Assembly (NCBI GenBank): GCA_038087875.1
Contig: CM075980.1
Span: forward strand, 51,336,001 to 51,400,000
DNA length: 64,000 nt
Source: Malacoraja senta
Taxonomy: Eukaryota
Direction: 5' to 3'
In this document: in pieces, positions 49,902 through 61,876 of the stretch
Position numbering within the stretch: position 1 is the stretch's first letter
Layout: each line of letters begins with the position of its first letter
The notes under the pieces: generated by a model
Databases searched by the model: none
Seen by the model: only the letters and a program-made list of their open reading frames with translations
What the model was told of the DNA's origin: nothing
Translations under genes and position numbers: made by a program

Positions 49902-51393
49902 GCAAATGATTTTTCTTTGTGTGACGTTGAGGTAAAGTTTGCATCTGTTTTCCTCGGAAGCCCGCGGGAAGTGAAATGCGATGTTCGGCGTGGCAAAGCC
50001 GTGTTAATGTTGTCAATCTGCCGCGGGTCCCCTTGGGAGAGGGAATGTTGTCCGCCCCCTTTGAAGCAAGTAGCAATTAAAAGTGATGAAAAGCAGGGGG
50101 GTCCCTTCTAAAGTCTCACCTGATGTTCATTTTCAGGATGTCTTGTGCTAATTGATTGTGGTGGAGTCATCGGTTCTTGGCGTGACCATTCTGTATACTG
50201 GCCATAGCTAACACAATGGAGAGACAATGCTAGAAGGATGAAGCATTTCTTCAGGTAGCTGAACATGCTAAGTGCCTGGACATAAAGCCTGTGGCTGTGG
50301 TAGAGAGTCCGGGTTGTCCTGAACCTTTTCATACCTCTAGTTTCCCTCTTCCCTGACTCTCGGTCTGCAGAAACTTCCTTTTCTCCAGAGATGCTGCCTG
50401 TCCCACTGAGTTACTCTACAGCATGTTGTGTCTGTCTTTGGTGTAAACCAGCATTCCTTCCTACATATTAAATGCCTTTTTGCCAATTATGCAAAGCTGA
50501 TTTGAATTGGAACCAACATTTGTTGAGCAATTAATGCCCAGAAACAGGACTGGAGCTTTTATTTGGGCATTTAACCATTGTTGTGCTTGGCACTAACACT
50601 GAATCAGAAAAATCACATTTATTGGCCAAGATTAATTCTGGAATAGTGTCCAGGTGCTTTATGCTGAGAAATATGTGCTAAAAGAGGACTTTTGCAGTTC
50701 CTGACGGCAGCAGTTTAATTAATTGCGGCAGCTGCTGGCATCGGGCAATAGATGGGCACATTCTCCACGGCAACCAGATGGTAGAAACACCCATAATGGC
50801 TGCCAGGGAGACTGCAGGGGAGAATGAAATAGTTCCCAAAGCAAGTCCAAGAAGCATGGAAGTCCATGAGATGAATGACAGGAGACTAGGCAAGTTCACC
50901 ATTAGATGAGCCTTATATGATACCTTTGGTTGGTCTTCTTAAGGTGTGAGATTGTTCACAGAATGAAGCAATGCAGAAATATATTGGAGTGAGATAGAGC
51001 CCATGGAAAATCATTTTAATCTGGCAATGATAGAGCATGCACTGCAATGTGAATTTGATTAATCTTTCTCTGGAATCATCTCCCCCATTTCTGTCTATCT
51101 CATTGATTGTTGAACTTTCATATAAAAAGTAGCTACCTGATCTACTGGCTGGCTTCAAGTAGAATTATTGGTCTACATCAGGTTATCTGTCTTGCCTTAT
51201 AGGACCATAGGACAAAGGAGCAGAATTAGGCCATTCGGCCCATCGAGTCTGCTCCGCCATTCGATCATGGCTGATCTATTTTACACGTTCAAACCCCTTC
51301 TCTGCCTTCTCACCGTAACCAAAAGGTTGGGTCCTGACTGGGAAGCCTGGAACTTGGTCAAGTTTGTTTTAGCATTGACTAGGAGTAAAATCC

Positions 51394-51735
51394 CTGGTCA
51401 GTGAATTTCAAATATTGTTAACTTCCAGCAAGGGAGGCAGGGTGGCACAGCAGTAGAGTTGCTGCCTTACAGCACTTCCACTGCCAGAGACCCGGGTTTG
51501 ATCCCGACTACGGGTGCTGTCCGTGCGGAGTTTGTACGTTCTCCCCGTGACCCCGTGGGTTTTCTCCAAGATCTTTGGTTCCCTCCCACGCTCCAAAAGA
51601 CGTACAGGATTGTAGGTTAATTGGCTTGGTATATATGTAAATTTTCCCTAGGGTGTGTAGGGTAGTGTTAATGCACGGGGATCACTGGTCGGCGTGGGCC
51701 GAAGGGCCTGTTTCTGCACTGTATCTCTAAACTAA
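51394..51735 (+). mobile_element. V-domain SINE with a ~40-nt 5' extension
   Basis: ctggtcagtgaatttcaaatattgttaacttccagcaaggg precedes the tRNA head; the same leader occurs at 55360. Confidence 0.8.
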
Positions 51736-52189
51736 AAAGATGCGCTGCACTCTGATCCCACGTGGTATTTTTTTCCTTTTGGGCTTCAGGGATCCGCAGA
51801 TAATTTGGTAAACACCAAGATCTGGCCACATGTTGGTTTAACATAATTTGAATTAAAGGATGCTTGTCCACCATGGAATCATTTGGCACGCAATAAACAG
51901 CAGAGTTAAAGCAGCTTTAGCTTCATCTGTATCCCGGTATCTATTGTCCTGAATCCCAGCAGTGGAAACAGCCCTGAAGCTTTCGATATGTTAAAGAGGA
52001 ATTTAGTTAAAGTCGCAGTCTACAGCAGAACTGAAAGAGACTAGTGTTGATGATGAATGGCCAAGATAATAAAACCTGACTGGCTACAGTCTTGATGATC
52101 GGTTTATTTAATATAGTTCAGCTTAACGTGGTCATGTTATTTTTTCCCCCACTAAGTTCCTCAAACAGTCCATATGCCTTTGGAGATGC

Positions 52190-52555
52190 GTGCAACTGCA
52201 AGTACTGGAATCTAGAGCAAAGTGCTGGAGGTACTTAGCAGTTCTGGCAGCATCAGTGGAGGGAGTGAAGAGATTTTGGGTTGGGACCCTTCTTCAGTCT
52301 TAAGGAAGGTCCCAGCCCAAAACATCACCGGGCAATTCCCTCCATAGATGCTGCCTGACCCACCGAGTTCCTCCAGCACTTTGTGTTATGCACATATCTT
52401 TGAGATGTCGAAGGAAATCCGTGTGTAGGAAGGAACTGCAGATGCTGGTTTAAACCGATGATAGACACAAAATACTGGAGTAACTCAGCGGGACAGGCAG
52501 CATCTCTGGAGAGAAGGAATGGGTGACGTTTTGGGTCGAGGCCCTTCTCCAGACA
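52190..52555. mobile_element. Inverted PLE dimer (~52190-52390) and a solo antisense unit (~52420-52555)
   Basis: Match the terminal-unit consensus. Confidence 0.75.
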
Positions 52556-52802
52556 TCCACGTGGTTACTGGGAGAACCTACAAACTCCATCCCGATAGCA
52601 CAGTAGGTCAGGATTCAGCCTGGATCACAGTTTGGCAACACGCTATTCACTGCAAGTTCATCGGACAGTAAAGATTCAACCATTTTGTGGTGCGAATGGA
52701 GTCTCTTGCGATACGATCCGATAGAACTTATGCCAGACTGGGTCAAGGACCCTCTTCCCTTGAGGATATTAGTAAACCTGATGTGAATTTTCTTTTTGCT
52801 TG

Positions 52803-53101
52803 GTTTAGAGATACAGTGTGGAAACCGGCCCTTTGGCCCACAGAATCCACACCGACCAACGATCCACCCAGACTAACACTATCCTACACCCACTAGGGAC
52901 AATTTACATTTATACCAAGCCCATTAGCCTACAAACCTGTACGTCTTTGGAGTGTGGGAGGGAACCGAAAATCTCGGAGAAAACCCATGCAGGTCACTGG
53001 GAGAACATAAAAACTTTGTACAGACAGTACCCATAGTCTGGATTGAACCTGGGTCTCTGGCACTGTAAGGCAGCAACTCTACTGCTGCGCTACCGCACCG
53101 C
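52803..53101 (-). mobile_element. tRNA-derived V-domain SINE
   Basis: Full antisense copy. Confidence 0.85.
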
Positions 53102-54274
53102 CCTGGCTTTTCTGCAGAACGTTTCATTAACCTTTTGTCTTCAATCCATCTCTCAGGAAATGTTTAACTATTAGAAAGGCACCAACGATCCAGTGCATTC
53201 CATGAACTAAATTAAAACAGTGGATTAAATTGATTCAACAGAACAGATTAGAGGACATTATGTGAAGCTAGGATGTCCAATTAGCCTGTGGGTGAGTGAA
53301 TTCTTCACTAACAGGACAAGGCAGTTTGTAGGTAATAATAAATCAGATTCCCAAGAGGAAAATGGCAATCACTTGGACATAGGAGCCAACCCAGCCTCCG
53401 TATTGAAATGATAATGTAATTAAGTTGATTTACAGACAGACAAAGAACAACACAGCATCCTTTGTCTTTCTGATCAATTTGCGTTCATCTCCTGAGGAGA
53501 TTTAGAACAGATCTTTGCAATTACCATTTGGATTTAGCCTCTTGCTCCCTCATCCTTGGCTCCATCACTGGAAACATCTGGCTCCCATTTAACATCTGTA
53601 AACAAAAATTACTGCCTCTGTCTAATGTAGAATATTTGAGAGCATAATTGGACAACTCGGGATGGTCACTGATCACCTTTCTCTCCCTCCGCAAGTCAAA
53701 ATAAATAACTATGTTTAAAACAGTGACCGTAGTTTAGAATCTGACTGCAAATCAAATCTAAGAGGACTTGGGTTTAAGGTGAAGGTGGAAAGATTCAATA
53801 AGAATCTGTGGCTGGTGGGTGAATGGAATGAGTTGCCAGAAGAGGTAGCTGAGGCAGGGACTATCGCAATGTTTAAAAAGCAATTATAGTACGTGGATAG
53901 GACAGGTTTCGAAGGGTTTGGGCCAAACACAGGCAAGTGGGACTAATGTAGATGAGACATGTTGGCTGGTTTGGGCTGGAGGGCCTGTTTCCATGCTGTA
54001 TAACTCAATTACTCCAAAGATCAAGCAGTGAAATGAGACACATCTAGCAAGTGAATATACTTTTTTTCCTTCTGGATGGATCTAACTTTTTAAAATTGTC
54101 CTTATCCTGGTTCTGGATGTGGGAATCTCACCTGATTATTTTATTTTCCTTTTTTTTCTTTTTTTCTTCTTTTTCTCTCCCCATCCTATCTCATCACCTA
54201 TTAATCTACAGCTGTTTAGATAGAACTGGAGGGCCAACTGGCTTGTTAGACTCTGCATCTTACCATTTAACATA

Positions 54275-54600
54275 TACAGACAAAGTGCCGGAGAAACTCA
54301 GTGGGTCAGGCTGCATCTGTGGAGGGGATACACATGAGGTTTTGGGTCGGTGCACTTCTTCGGACTGATGGGAATAGGTACAAGAAAGGTTAGGTACAAA
54401 TAGATACAAGAAAGCTGGACAACAGTGAAACTAGTAGGAGGACTAGGGTGAGAGAGGGATAGAAATTTGCATTTGGCCTCACTCTGACAGTGGAGGAGGC
54501 CCAAGACAGAAAGGTCAGTGAGGGGATGGGAAGGGGAGTTAAACTATTTGGCAACCGGGAGATTGTGTCGTCCAAGGCGGTCTGAGTGAAGGTGTTTAGT
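54275..54600 (-). mobile_element. PLE 3' fragment
   Basis: Antisense GLLHCQSEAKCK region plus terminal unit. Confidence 0.7.
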
Positions 54601-55295
54601 GGAACAGCGTGCTTCTGCCGGGTGAGGCGCTGGGGTTGAGCGCTTGTGGCCGCAGAGTGTTCTTTGGTACAGGAATGGTTACTGAGGTTGAATGCTCGTG
54701 AGGCCATCACCTGTCCTTCTAGCCGTGAATGTCGTCAATGGCAACAGCGTTCTCATGTACCAATCAGGCCTGTTTCTGGCGCGGAGCAGAGGAGAGGCCT
54801 GACGAGGAATGTTGCCTCCTAGACAACAATGTTCTAAGTGCTGCAGAGTTTGCTTTGAGAGATGGGGGGACTTGCACTTAAAGAGTGGGGGAACCAGCCA
54901 GCAGGCTGCTGATTTATGGTGATGTTTGTCGAGTGGACTGAAAGGAAAGGAGTGAGGAGGGGGAGGAAATCTTATTTTAGTTTAGTAATTCTCCCTTGGC
55001 TCTCGATCCGAATGTTATGACTGTTAGAAAAATATTTTATTAACCCGAATGCCCTGTTTTATCTCTTTCAAGGGGGCCAGGAGAACAGCAGTGGTTCCCA
55101 AATATTGAAGAGAGCTGGTCATTTGGCTTTACATTGGTAAACAATTCCATCTAATGAAACTATCATTGTTCGGCTGATTCTTTGCACAAAGAAGATGCTC
55201 TTGGACATTCCTCCTGCAATGCTGAGGGGAATGGGGGAAGGGAAATTGCATCAAGTGGCAGAATCTCATTGACAGTTGGGGGAGATTGCAAAGGG

Positions 55296-55630
55296 GGTGG
55301 CGCAGCAGAAGAGTTGCTGCCTTACAGCGCCAGAGACCCTGGTTCGATCCTGGCTATGGCTGGTCAGCGGATTTCAAATATTGTTAACTTTGAGCAAGGG
55401 AGGCACGGTGGCGCAGCAGTAGAGTTGCCACCTTACTGAATTTACAACGCCGGAGACCCCGGTTTAATCCTGTCTGCGGGTGCTGAATGTATGGAGTTTG
55501 TAGGTTCTCCCCGTGACCGCATGGGTTTTCTCCGGGTGCTCCGGTTTCCTCCCACACTCCAAAATCGTACAGGTTAATTGGCTGCTGTAAATTATCCCGC
55601 GTTGAATAGAACTAGTGTACGAGTGATTGT
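55296..55630 (+). mobile_element. SINE with two tRNA heads in tandem
   Basis: Head 55296-55358, linker 55360-55400, second head and V core. Confidence 0.75.
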
Positions 55631-55631
55631 C

Positions 55632-56450
55632 AAGGCACATTTATTTATATAGCACATTTACAAAACAAATCTCGTTGGCCAAAGTGCTTTACATTTGTTA
55701 TAAGAATAGCATAAACAAAACAAACTACATACATATATACATGTAGCCCTCACTCAGATGATGTCAGGAAAGTCTTGGGACGATAGATAGGTTTTTAGTC
55801 TTGACTTAAAAGAGTCGATGGAGGGGGCAGTTCTGATGGGAAAGGGGATGCTGTTCCACAGTCTAGGGGCTGCAACCACAAAGGCGCGGTCGCCCCTGAG
55901 CTTATGCCTAGACCGTGGGTTATTCAGCAACCCCAAGTCGGCCGATCTGAGGGGCCTGGAGGTGGAGTGGTGGGTGAGAAGACTTTTTATGTAGGTGGGG
56001 GGCAAGCCCATTGAGGGCTTTGTAGACATGGAGGAGGATCTTGAAGTTTATACGGAACCGCACAGGGAGCCAGTGGAGAGAGGCCAGGATCGGGGTGATG
56101 TGGTCCCTTTTTCGGGTGCCCGTCAGGAGTCTTGCTGCGGCGTTTTGGACCAGTTGCAGGCGGGACAGGGAAGATTGGCTGATGCCAGTATAAAGGGAGT
56201 TGCAGTAATCTAGGCGGGAGGAGATGAATGTGTGGATGATCTTTTCGAGGTCATCAAACTGGAGGAATTGTTTTATTTTAGCTATCGTCCAAAGCTGAAA
56301 GAAGCTAGCTTTTACCATGGCATTGACTTGTTTGTCAAATTTCTGTGCTGAGTCAAATATCACGCCAAGGTTTTTGACGTGAGGTTTGAGTAGTGGGGTA
56401 AGGCTTCCAAGGCTGCCTGCTATCATTTTGATTGGTTGGCGAGGACTCCG
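55632..56450 (-). mobile_element. L2-clade LINE 3' fragment
   Basis: KNLGVIFDS…FISSRLDYCNSL…LQLVQNAAARLL…HITPILASLHWLPV…GDRAFVVAAPRLWNSIP…FKSRLKTYL; 3' end gtaaagcactttgg…gtgctatataaataaa. Confidence 0.9.
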
Positions 56451-56578
56451 TGGGCCGATTTCCACGCTTTAGTATCTCTAAACTAAACTGCATTTCCAGC
56501 ATTTGCAGTTTTTTGTTGACTTGATTGCCCTAAATTTGTTGATTGCCATTTTTTTTTAAAGGGAACTGGTTTGACATG

Positions 56579-56795
56579 TGTAGGAAGGAACTGCAGATGC
56601 TGATTTAAACTGAAGATCGACACAAAAAGCTGGAGTAACTCAGGCAGCATCTCTTGAGAGAAGGAATGGATGACGTTTTGAGTCAAGACTCTTCTTCAGA
56701 CTGAAAATTGAAGAAAGGTCTCAACCTGAAACCCATTCCTTCTCTCCAGAGATGCTGCCTGTCCCGCTGAGTTACTCCAGCATTTTGTGTCTTTC
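56579..56795. mobile_element. Inverted dimer of HHR-bearing PLE units with TSD
   Basis: actggtttgacatg (56565-56578) / actggttagacatg (56796-56809), 13/14. Confidence 0.85.
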
Positions 56796-57019
56796 ACTGG
56801 TTAGACATGGTCTTTTGGGAAAGAAAGTCGGAGCTGACCTGTATGCGACTCTGATACCAAACCGCACCGTGGGAACGGCGGTTAATTTCTTCCTGAATTA
56901 TCCTAGCTAACCATGAGTGTGTACGAGGGCACCAGGGCCCAGTGGGGCTACCGGCCCTCCACGCTTCACTGTGTTCCAGGAATAGAGCTCGCTGACTCGG
57001 GAGAACAATCTTGCTTTTA

Positions 57020-57390
57020 CTTTCAAAATAGACTTTACTCAAGTAAATATGTTTATACTGTACAATATATGAACCGTGCAAAAAATTAATCCGACTTCCT
57101 CGGAGGCAATACTGTTTACCCAAATCATAATTTTACCCCCCACCCTTGCCGCTCACTGGCCCTTATTTTGAGGGCGTCTCCACCACACCCTGGTGCCCAT
57201 GTCCAGCAGCGGAGGGACCCTAGACTGTGGTCCTCCCCCACCGATCCTTGGGGTTGGTTGCACCGAGCATCAGTGCGTCCCTCAGCACGTACTCCTGCTG
57301 TCTGCAGCGGGCCAGTCGGCAACATTCCCCAACGGACATCTCGATCCGCTGGGAGGTCAACCAAGCTCGGGCAGACCAAAGAATAGTCGT
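57020..57390 (-). mobile_element. Tx1/L1-type LINE ORF2 C-terminus + 3' UTR fragment
   Basis: LWSARAWLTSQRIEMSVGECCRLARCRQQEYVLRDALMLGA…RWGRTTV* resembles Tx1-like ORF2 ends (recalled, not searched); 3' end agtaaagtctattttgaaa. Confidence 0.55.
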
Positions 57391-57804
57391 CCCACGCGTG
57401 TATGACATCCGTCCCCACAGAATGAGTCTGCCTGAGTTACTGAGGATTATCAGACCCGCCTCCAGTGCTGACATTTTTGCCGATTGGTTCCCTTTGTCCC
57501 TGGGGTTAACTGAGTGGTGACCTCTGTGTACCGGTGCTGATGAGAGAAATGGGATTGTCAGCAAACAGCACAAACCCCATCAAACCCTCAGTGCTGTCTG
57601 GCCTTATCAGAAAATCACCACATCGCTTATCGTTAAATAGCTCCAAGCGTTTCTTTCCCCTCCACCACCTCGAGGTGAATGGCAGTATCTGTTGCAAATG
57701 TTACCCTTCAGATAGGTAACGATTAGAACATCATGCATATTCATAAATGAAGCTAAATCAAGATCAAATGGTCTCTATACTCTGCTGGCTCCATCTATTA
57801 CATG

Positions 57805-58025
57805 AAGATAGGCACCAAGTGCTGGAGTAACTTAACTCTGGATCTCTGGAGAGAAAAAGAAGGGGTGATGTTTTGGTTCGGGACTTCGAGTCTGAAGAAG
57901 GTCCCGACCCAAAACGTCACCCATTCTTTCTTTTTCTCCCGAGATGCTGCCTGACCCGCTGAGTTACTACAGCCACTTTGTGTCTATCTTTTGTATAAAC
58001 CAGCATCTGCAGTTCTTTGTTTCAC
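57805..58025. mobile_element. Inverted PLE dimer
   Basis: Antisense arm then gtctgaagaaggtcccgacccaaaacgtcaccc and body. Confidence 0.75.
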
Positions 58026-58734
58026 CATCCATGACACTGGATTCACTGACAGATCGCAATAGTCTGACAATCCAAACAGTTGCAATGCCCCGGATAATTT
58101 TCCTCCACCCCAATGTCATGACACGTAGCCTGTCATCCTGCGGTTGTATCTCCCCGACCTGCTACTCCACAAACCTCTCCCCCCTCCCTGGCATACCGCG
58201 TAATCTTGTTTGTTGATGTGCAATCATTTCCCACCCTGGTATTAAGGAGAAATGGCACAATTCAATCTTGATTGTGTCTCAAAAACTCAATTCTACCAAG
58301 GATCTGATATAATCATGCTAAAATAGAATGCCAGTCTTGTTCCCTTAACCATTTCTATGCAAATTTGTCTTGCGTGTTACATCACAACTCAGAAATGTTC
58401 AGTGTTTGTGTGGTGTTGCTTTGTATGAGAGTTAGCTGTTCTAAGTTTAGTTCAGGTTGTTTTTTTAGTTTAGAAATGCACGATGGAAATAAGCACTTTG
58501 ATTAGAAGAGGACAAAATCAGAAGCCTCCTAAGGTTTTGAACGTGTATTGCAAAATAGCCTCTCCTCCTCCTCCCCATCACTGTTTTAGACCAAGACTGC
58601 ATTGTAGGCGGATTAGTTACCAACTGGTTACCAGCGGAGGGGAGATGTCTCACTGATACTGTAACAGGAGCAATGTTGGCTTTGGAAATGAGTCCGTTTT
58701 CACATGGAGCCGCTCAGATCCGATAAGTCTTCCC

Positions 58735-60100
58735 AGGAGATGGACACAAAAAGCTGGAGTCACTCAGCGGGTCAGGCAACATCTCTGGAGAAAAGGGTCA
58801 GGTGATGTTTTGGGTCTTTTAGTTTTAGTTTAGTTTAGAGATACAGCGCGGAAACAGGCTTTTCGGCCCACCGACTCCCCACTGACCAGCAGTCCCCGCA
58901 CATCCTATACCAGGGACAATTTTTACATTGATACCAAGCCAATTAACCTACAAACCTGTACTTCTTTGGAGTGTGGGAGGAAACCAAAGTACTCGGAGAA
59001 AACCCAGGCAGGTCACGGGGAGAACATTCAAATTGCGTACAGACAAGCATCCTAAGCCAGGTCGAGTATCTCTCTCTTTAGAGTCGGGGGAAAGGGAAAC
59101 GAGAGATATGAAAACATACAAAAATAAAATGAACGGAAGGTATATTTAAGAGGGAATTAGATGTGGCCCTTGTGGCTAAAGGGATCAGGGGGTATGGAGA
59201 GAAGGCAGGTACGGGATACTGAGTTGGATGATCAGCCATGATCGTATTGAATGGCGGTGCAGGCTCGAAGGGCCGAATGGCCTACTCCTGCACCTAATTT
59301 CTATGTATCTATGTATCTATGTATGCAAAATGACAATTCAAAGCCGGCAACGATGATTAAACGAAGGTCATGGGTCCATTGTTGGCTGTGGAGAAGGTAT
59401 TATCGAGTGCTACAAATGGTGAAACTCAGCAGGACGACGGTGAAATTAGTACGACAACTAGGGTGGGGGAGGGACGGAGAGCGAGGGGATGCAAGTGTTA
59501 CTTGAAGTTAGACAAATCAATATTCATACCACTGGGTTGGGTTGTAAGCTGCCCATGTGAAATATGGTGCTGTTTCTCCAATTTGTGTTTGACCTCACTC
59601 TGACAGTGGAGGAGGCAGGAAGGTCAGTATGGGAATGGGCAGGGGAGTTTGTGTTTGGTAACTGGGAGAACACGTAGGCCAAGGCGGACTAAGCGGCTCG
59701 GGAACAACACAGTCTGACCACTGGGATGGTTCCCTCTGGCCTGCAATGTTGGCGAGGAGAGAGAAGGTAGACACAAAATGCTGGAGTAACTCACAGGCAG
59801 CATCTCTGGAGAGAAGGAATGGGTGATGTTTCGGGTCGAGACCCTTCTTCAGAGTGGTTGGGGCTAAGCGAGAGATATAGGCGATGATGTAGAGTGATCA
59901 AGAACAATGAGTGAAATATATACAGAAAAGTAACAATGATAAAGGAAACAGGCCATCGTTAACTGTTTGTTAGGTGAAAATGAGTAGCTAGTGCGACTTG
60001 GGTGGGGGAGGGACAGAGAGAGAGGAAGATGGTATGCTGGGGCTACCTGAAGTTAGAGAAATCAATATTCATACCACTGGGCTGTAAGCTGCCCAGAGAG
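58735..60100 (-). mobile_element. Cluster of antisense PLE 3' fragments, an antisense SINE (~58820-59062) and a plus-strand CR1 tail (~59145-59325)
   Basis: LGSLQPSGMNIDFSNFR on minus (60043-60095); HHR unit 59765-59852; CR1 tail nearly identical to 49257-49434. Confidence 0.75.
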
Positions 60101-60739
60101 AAGGAACTGGCCTGTTGTAAAAGTGCCCAGAGGTTTGTAGCAGCATGAGTTCTTGCTGCTTCAGTTGTGTGGCAGCTGTCCTGCCAAGTGCAGGCTGCCT
60201 GCTGGTCTGGTGCTCTGGTGCTCTGGTGCTCCGCATGGGCCGTGAAGTGAAAGGGGTGCTCCAGCACCTGAACAAACACGCCCTTGACTGGTTGATAGCA
60301 AGCTCCGTCTCTGCAGCCAAAGATTCTCGTTGCCGTTGGGGGGGTCGGGTAATGGAGGGGGGTGGGTGGAAGGGAGGAGTGGGGTGGTGGAAGGAGGAGC
60401 AGAGGCGGGGGAATGTGTTGGGAGCAGTAAAAGACCATTAACTCTGACCGTGAGCACTGTGCCTTCTGCTGCTTTAAAGGTCTGCTGCTTTAAAGTTTTC
60501 AAGGCCAGTGACCTGTCAACATCAGTTGGATCACTGGGACAATGTTGAACACAGCTGTGGGGCTACCGTGTGACTGGGGATCGATTGACACAGGTGCTAA
60601 GTTTTTTTGCTGTGTGATTAGCTCCATACCCTTTCCTCAGTTTGTTCCACTGGCTCGCGAATGACTTGCAGAACCAGAGAGAGATTATTTGAGCCTGAAA
60701 TGAAGAGAACTGTGTTTGTGCTGAGGTTTTGATCGATTG

Positions 60740-61045
60740 AAAGACACAATGAGGAAACGAGCCCTCTGGCCGACTGAGTCCACATCGACCACCGACCGAT
60801 CACCCGCTCTCATTACTTCCCTTCTCCCACTTCTTCATCCACTCCCTGCACACTAGGGGCAATTTACGTAGGCCAATTAAGCTGTAAACCCACTGTCTTT
60901 TCGGATTTTGGAGGAAACCAGAGCATCTGGAGGAAGCCCACCCGATCACAGGGAGAACGTACAAACTCCACACAGCACCCATGGTCAGGATCAAGCATGT
61001 GTCTCTTGAGGCAGCAGCTCTACCAGTTGTGCCACTGTGCCACCC
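60740..61045 (-). mobile_element. tRNA-derived V-domain SINE
   Basis: Antisense head, core and tail. Confidence 0.8.
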
Positions 61046-61789
61046 TGACTCTTTTTGGATGTTGGGAAATCTCATGCCCAGAGGGCTTGGAAGCTCCATT
61101 GTTGATGGCATGAATCCTGCAATTGATGGAATACCTGGATATTAAAGGAATCGAGGCGTTTGGGGAAATTTCCACATAAAAGCGTTTTGAGGTGAAAGAT
61201 TAGTTAAGATCTTTGTGGAAAGGTAGTGCTGGGTTCATGGGTTGAATGACGGCAACTTCTGTTGGTGCACTCACTCAGTCACTCTGTTGGGAGACGGTCA
61301 ATGAGGCTGATGTGCGACAACACTTTCTGCTGTGGGTGAGGTAGATGGTGCTTGACAAGCAGGTGGTTTGACAAGCAGATGGCTGCTTCAGTTGGCATTA
61401 ACTCTGGTCCTTTGTGTGATCCTTACAAAGGGACGCCATGCTGCTCCTTTTGGTGGTGGGCATGCCAAGGTTTCACAAGGTGGCCTGGCAGATTTATCTT
61501 CCTTCCCAAGTCTCGGGACATCCAGTATCACCTCAACTGTAATACAGATTGTTTGTCATCTATCCCAATGATTTGAATGCGAATGTACAAGGTAATATGC
61601 GGCGGGGCAGTAGTGCAGCGGTAGAGTTGCTGCCTTGTAACGCCAGAGACCCGGATTCAATCCTGGCTATGGGTGCTGTCTGTACACAGTTTGTACATTC
61701 TCCCATTAACCGTACTGCCCAAATGATGACGAGAATAAATAGAGTTATTGCGCAGTTTTTTCCCCTGGGTGGGGGAAATCAAGAACAAG

Positions 61790-61876
61790 AGGGTAGACAA
61801 AATGCTGGAGAAACTCAGCGGTTGAGGCAGCATCTATGGAGCGAAGGAATGGGTGAAGACCCTTCTTCAGACTGAT
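61790..61876 (-). mobile_element. PLE terminal unit (young subfamily)
   Basis: gtagacaaaatgctggagaaactcagcgg…gacccttcttcagactgatg. Confidence 0.8.

Noticed and set aside
54720-54805. Possible exon after ccttctag
   Set aside because: The apparent frame stops after ~26 codons; no recognisable homology.
1847-61876. Recurring palindromic repeats as a CRISPR array or REP elements
   Set aside because: Dispersed, irregularly spaced, on both strands, in eukaryotic context, and they match the PLE terminus.
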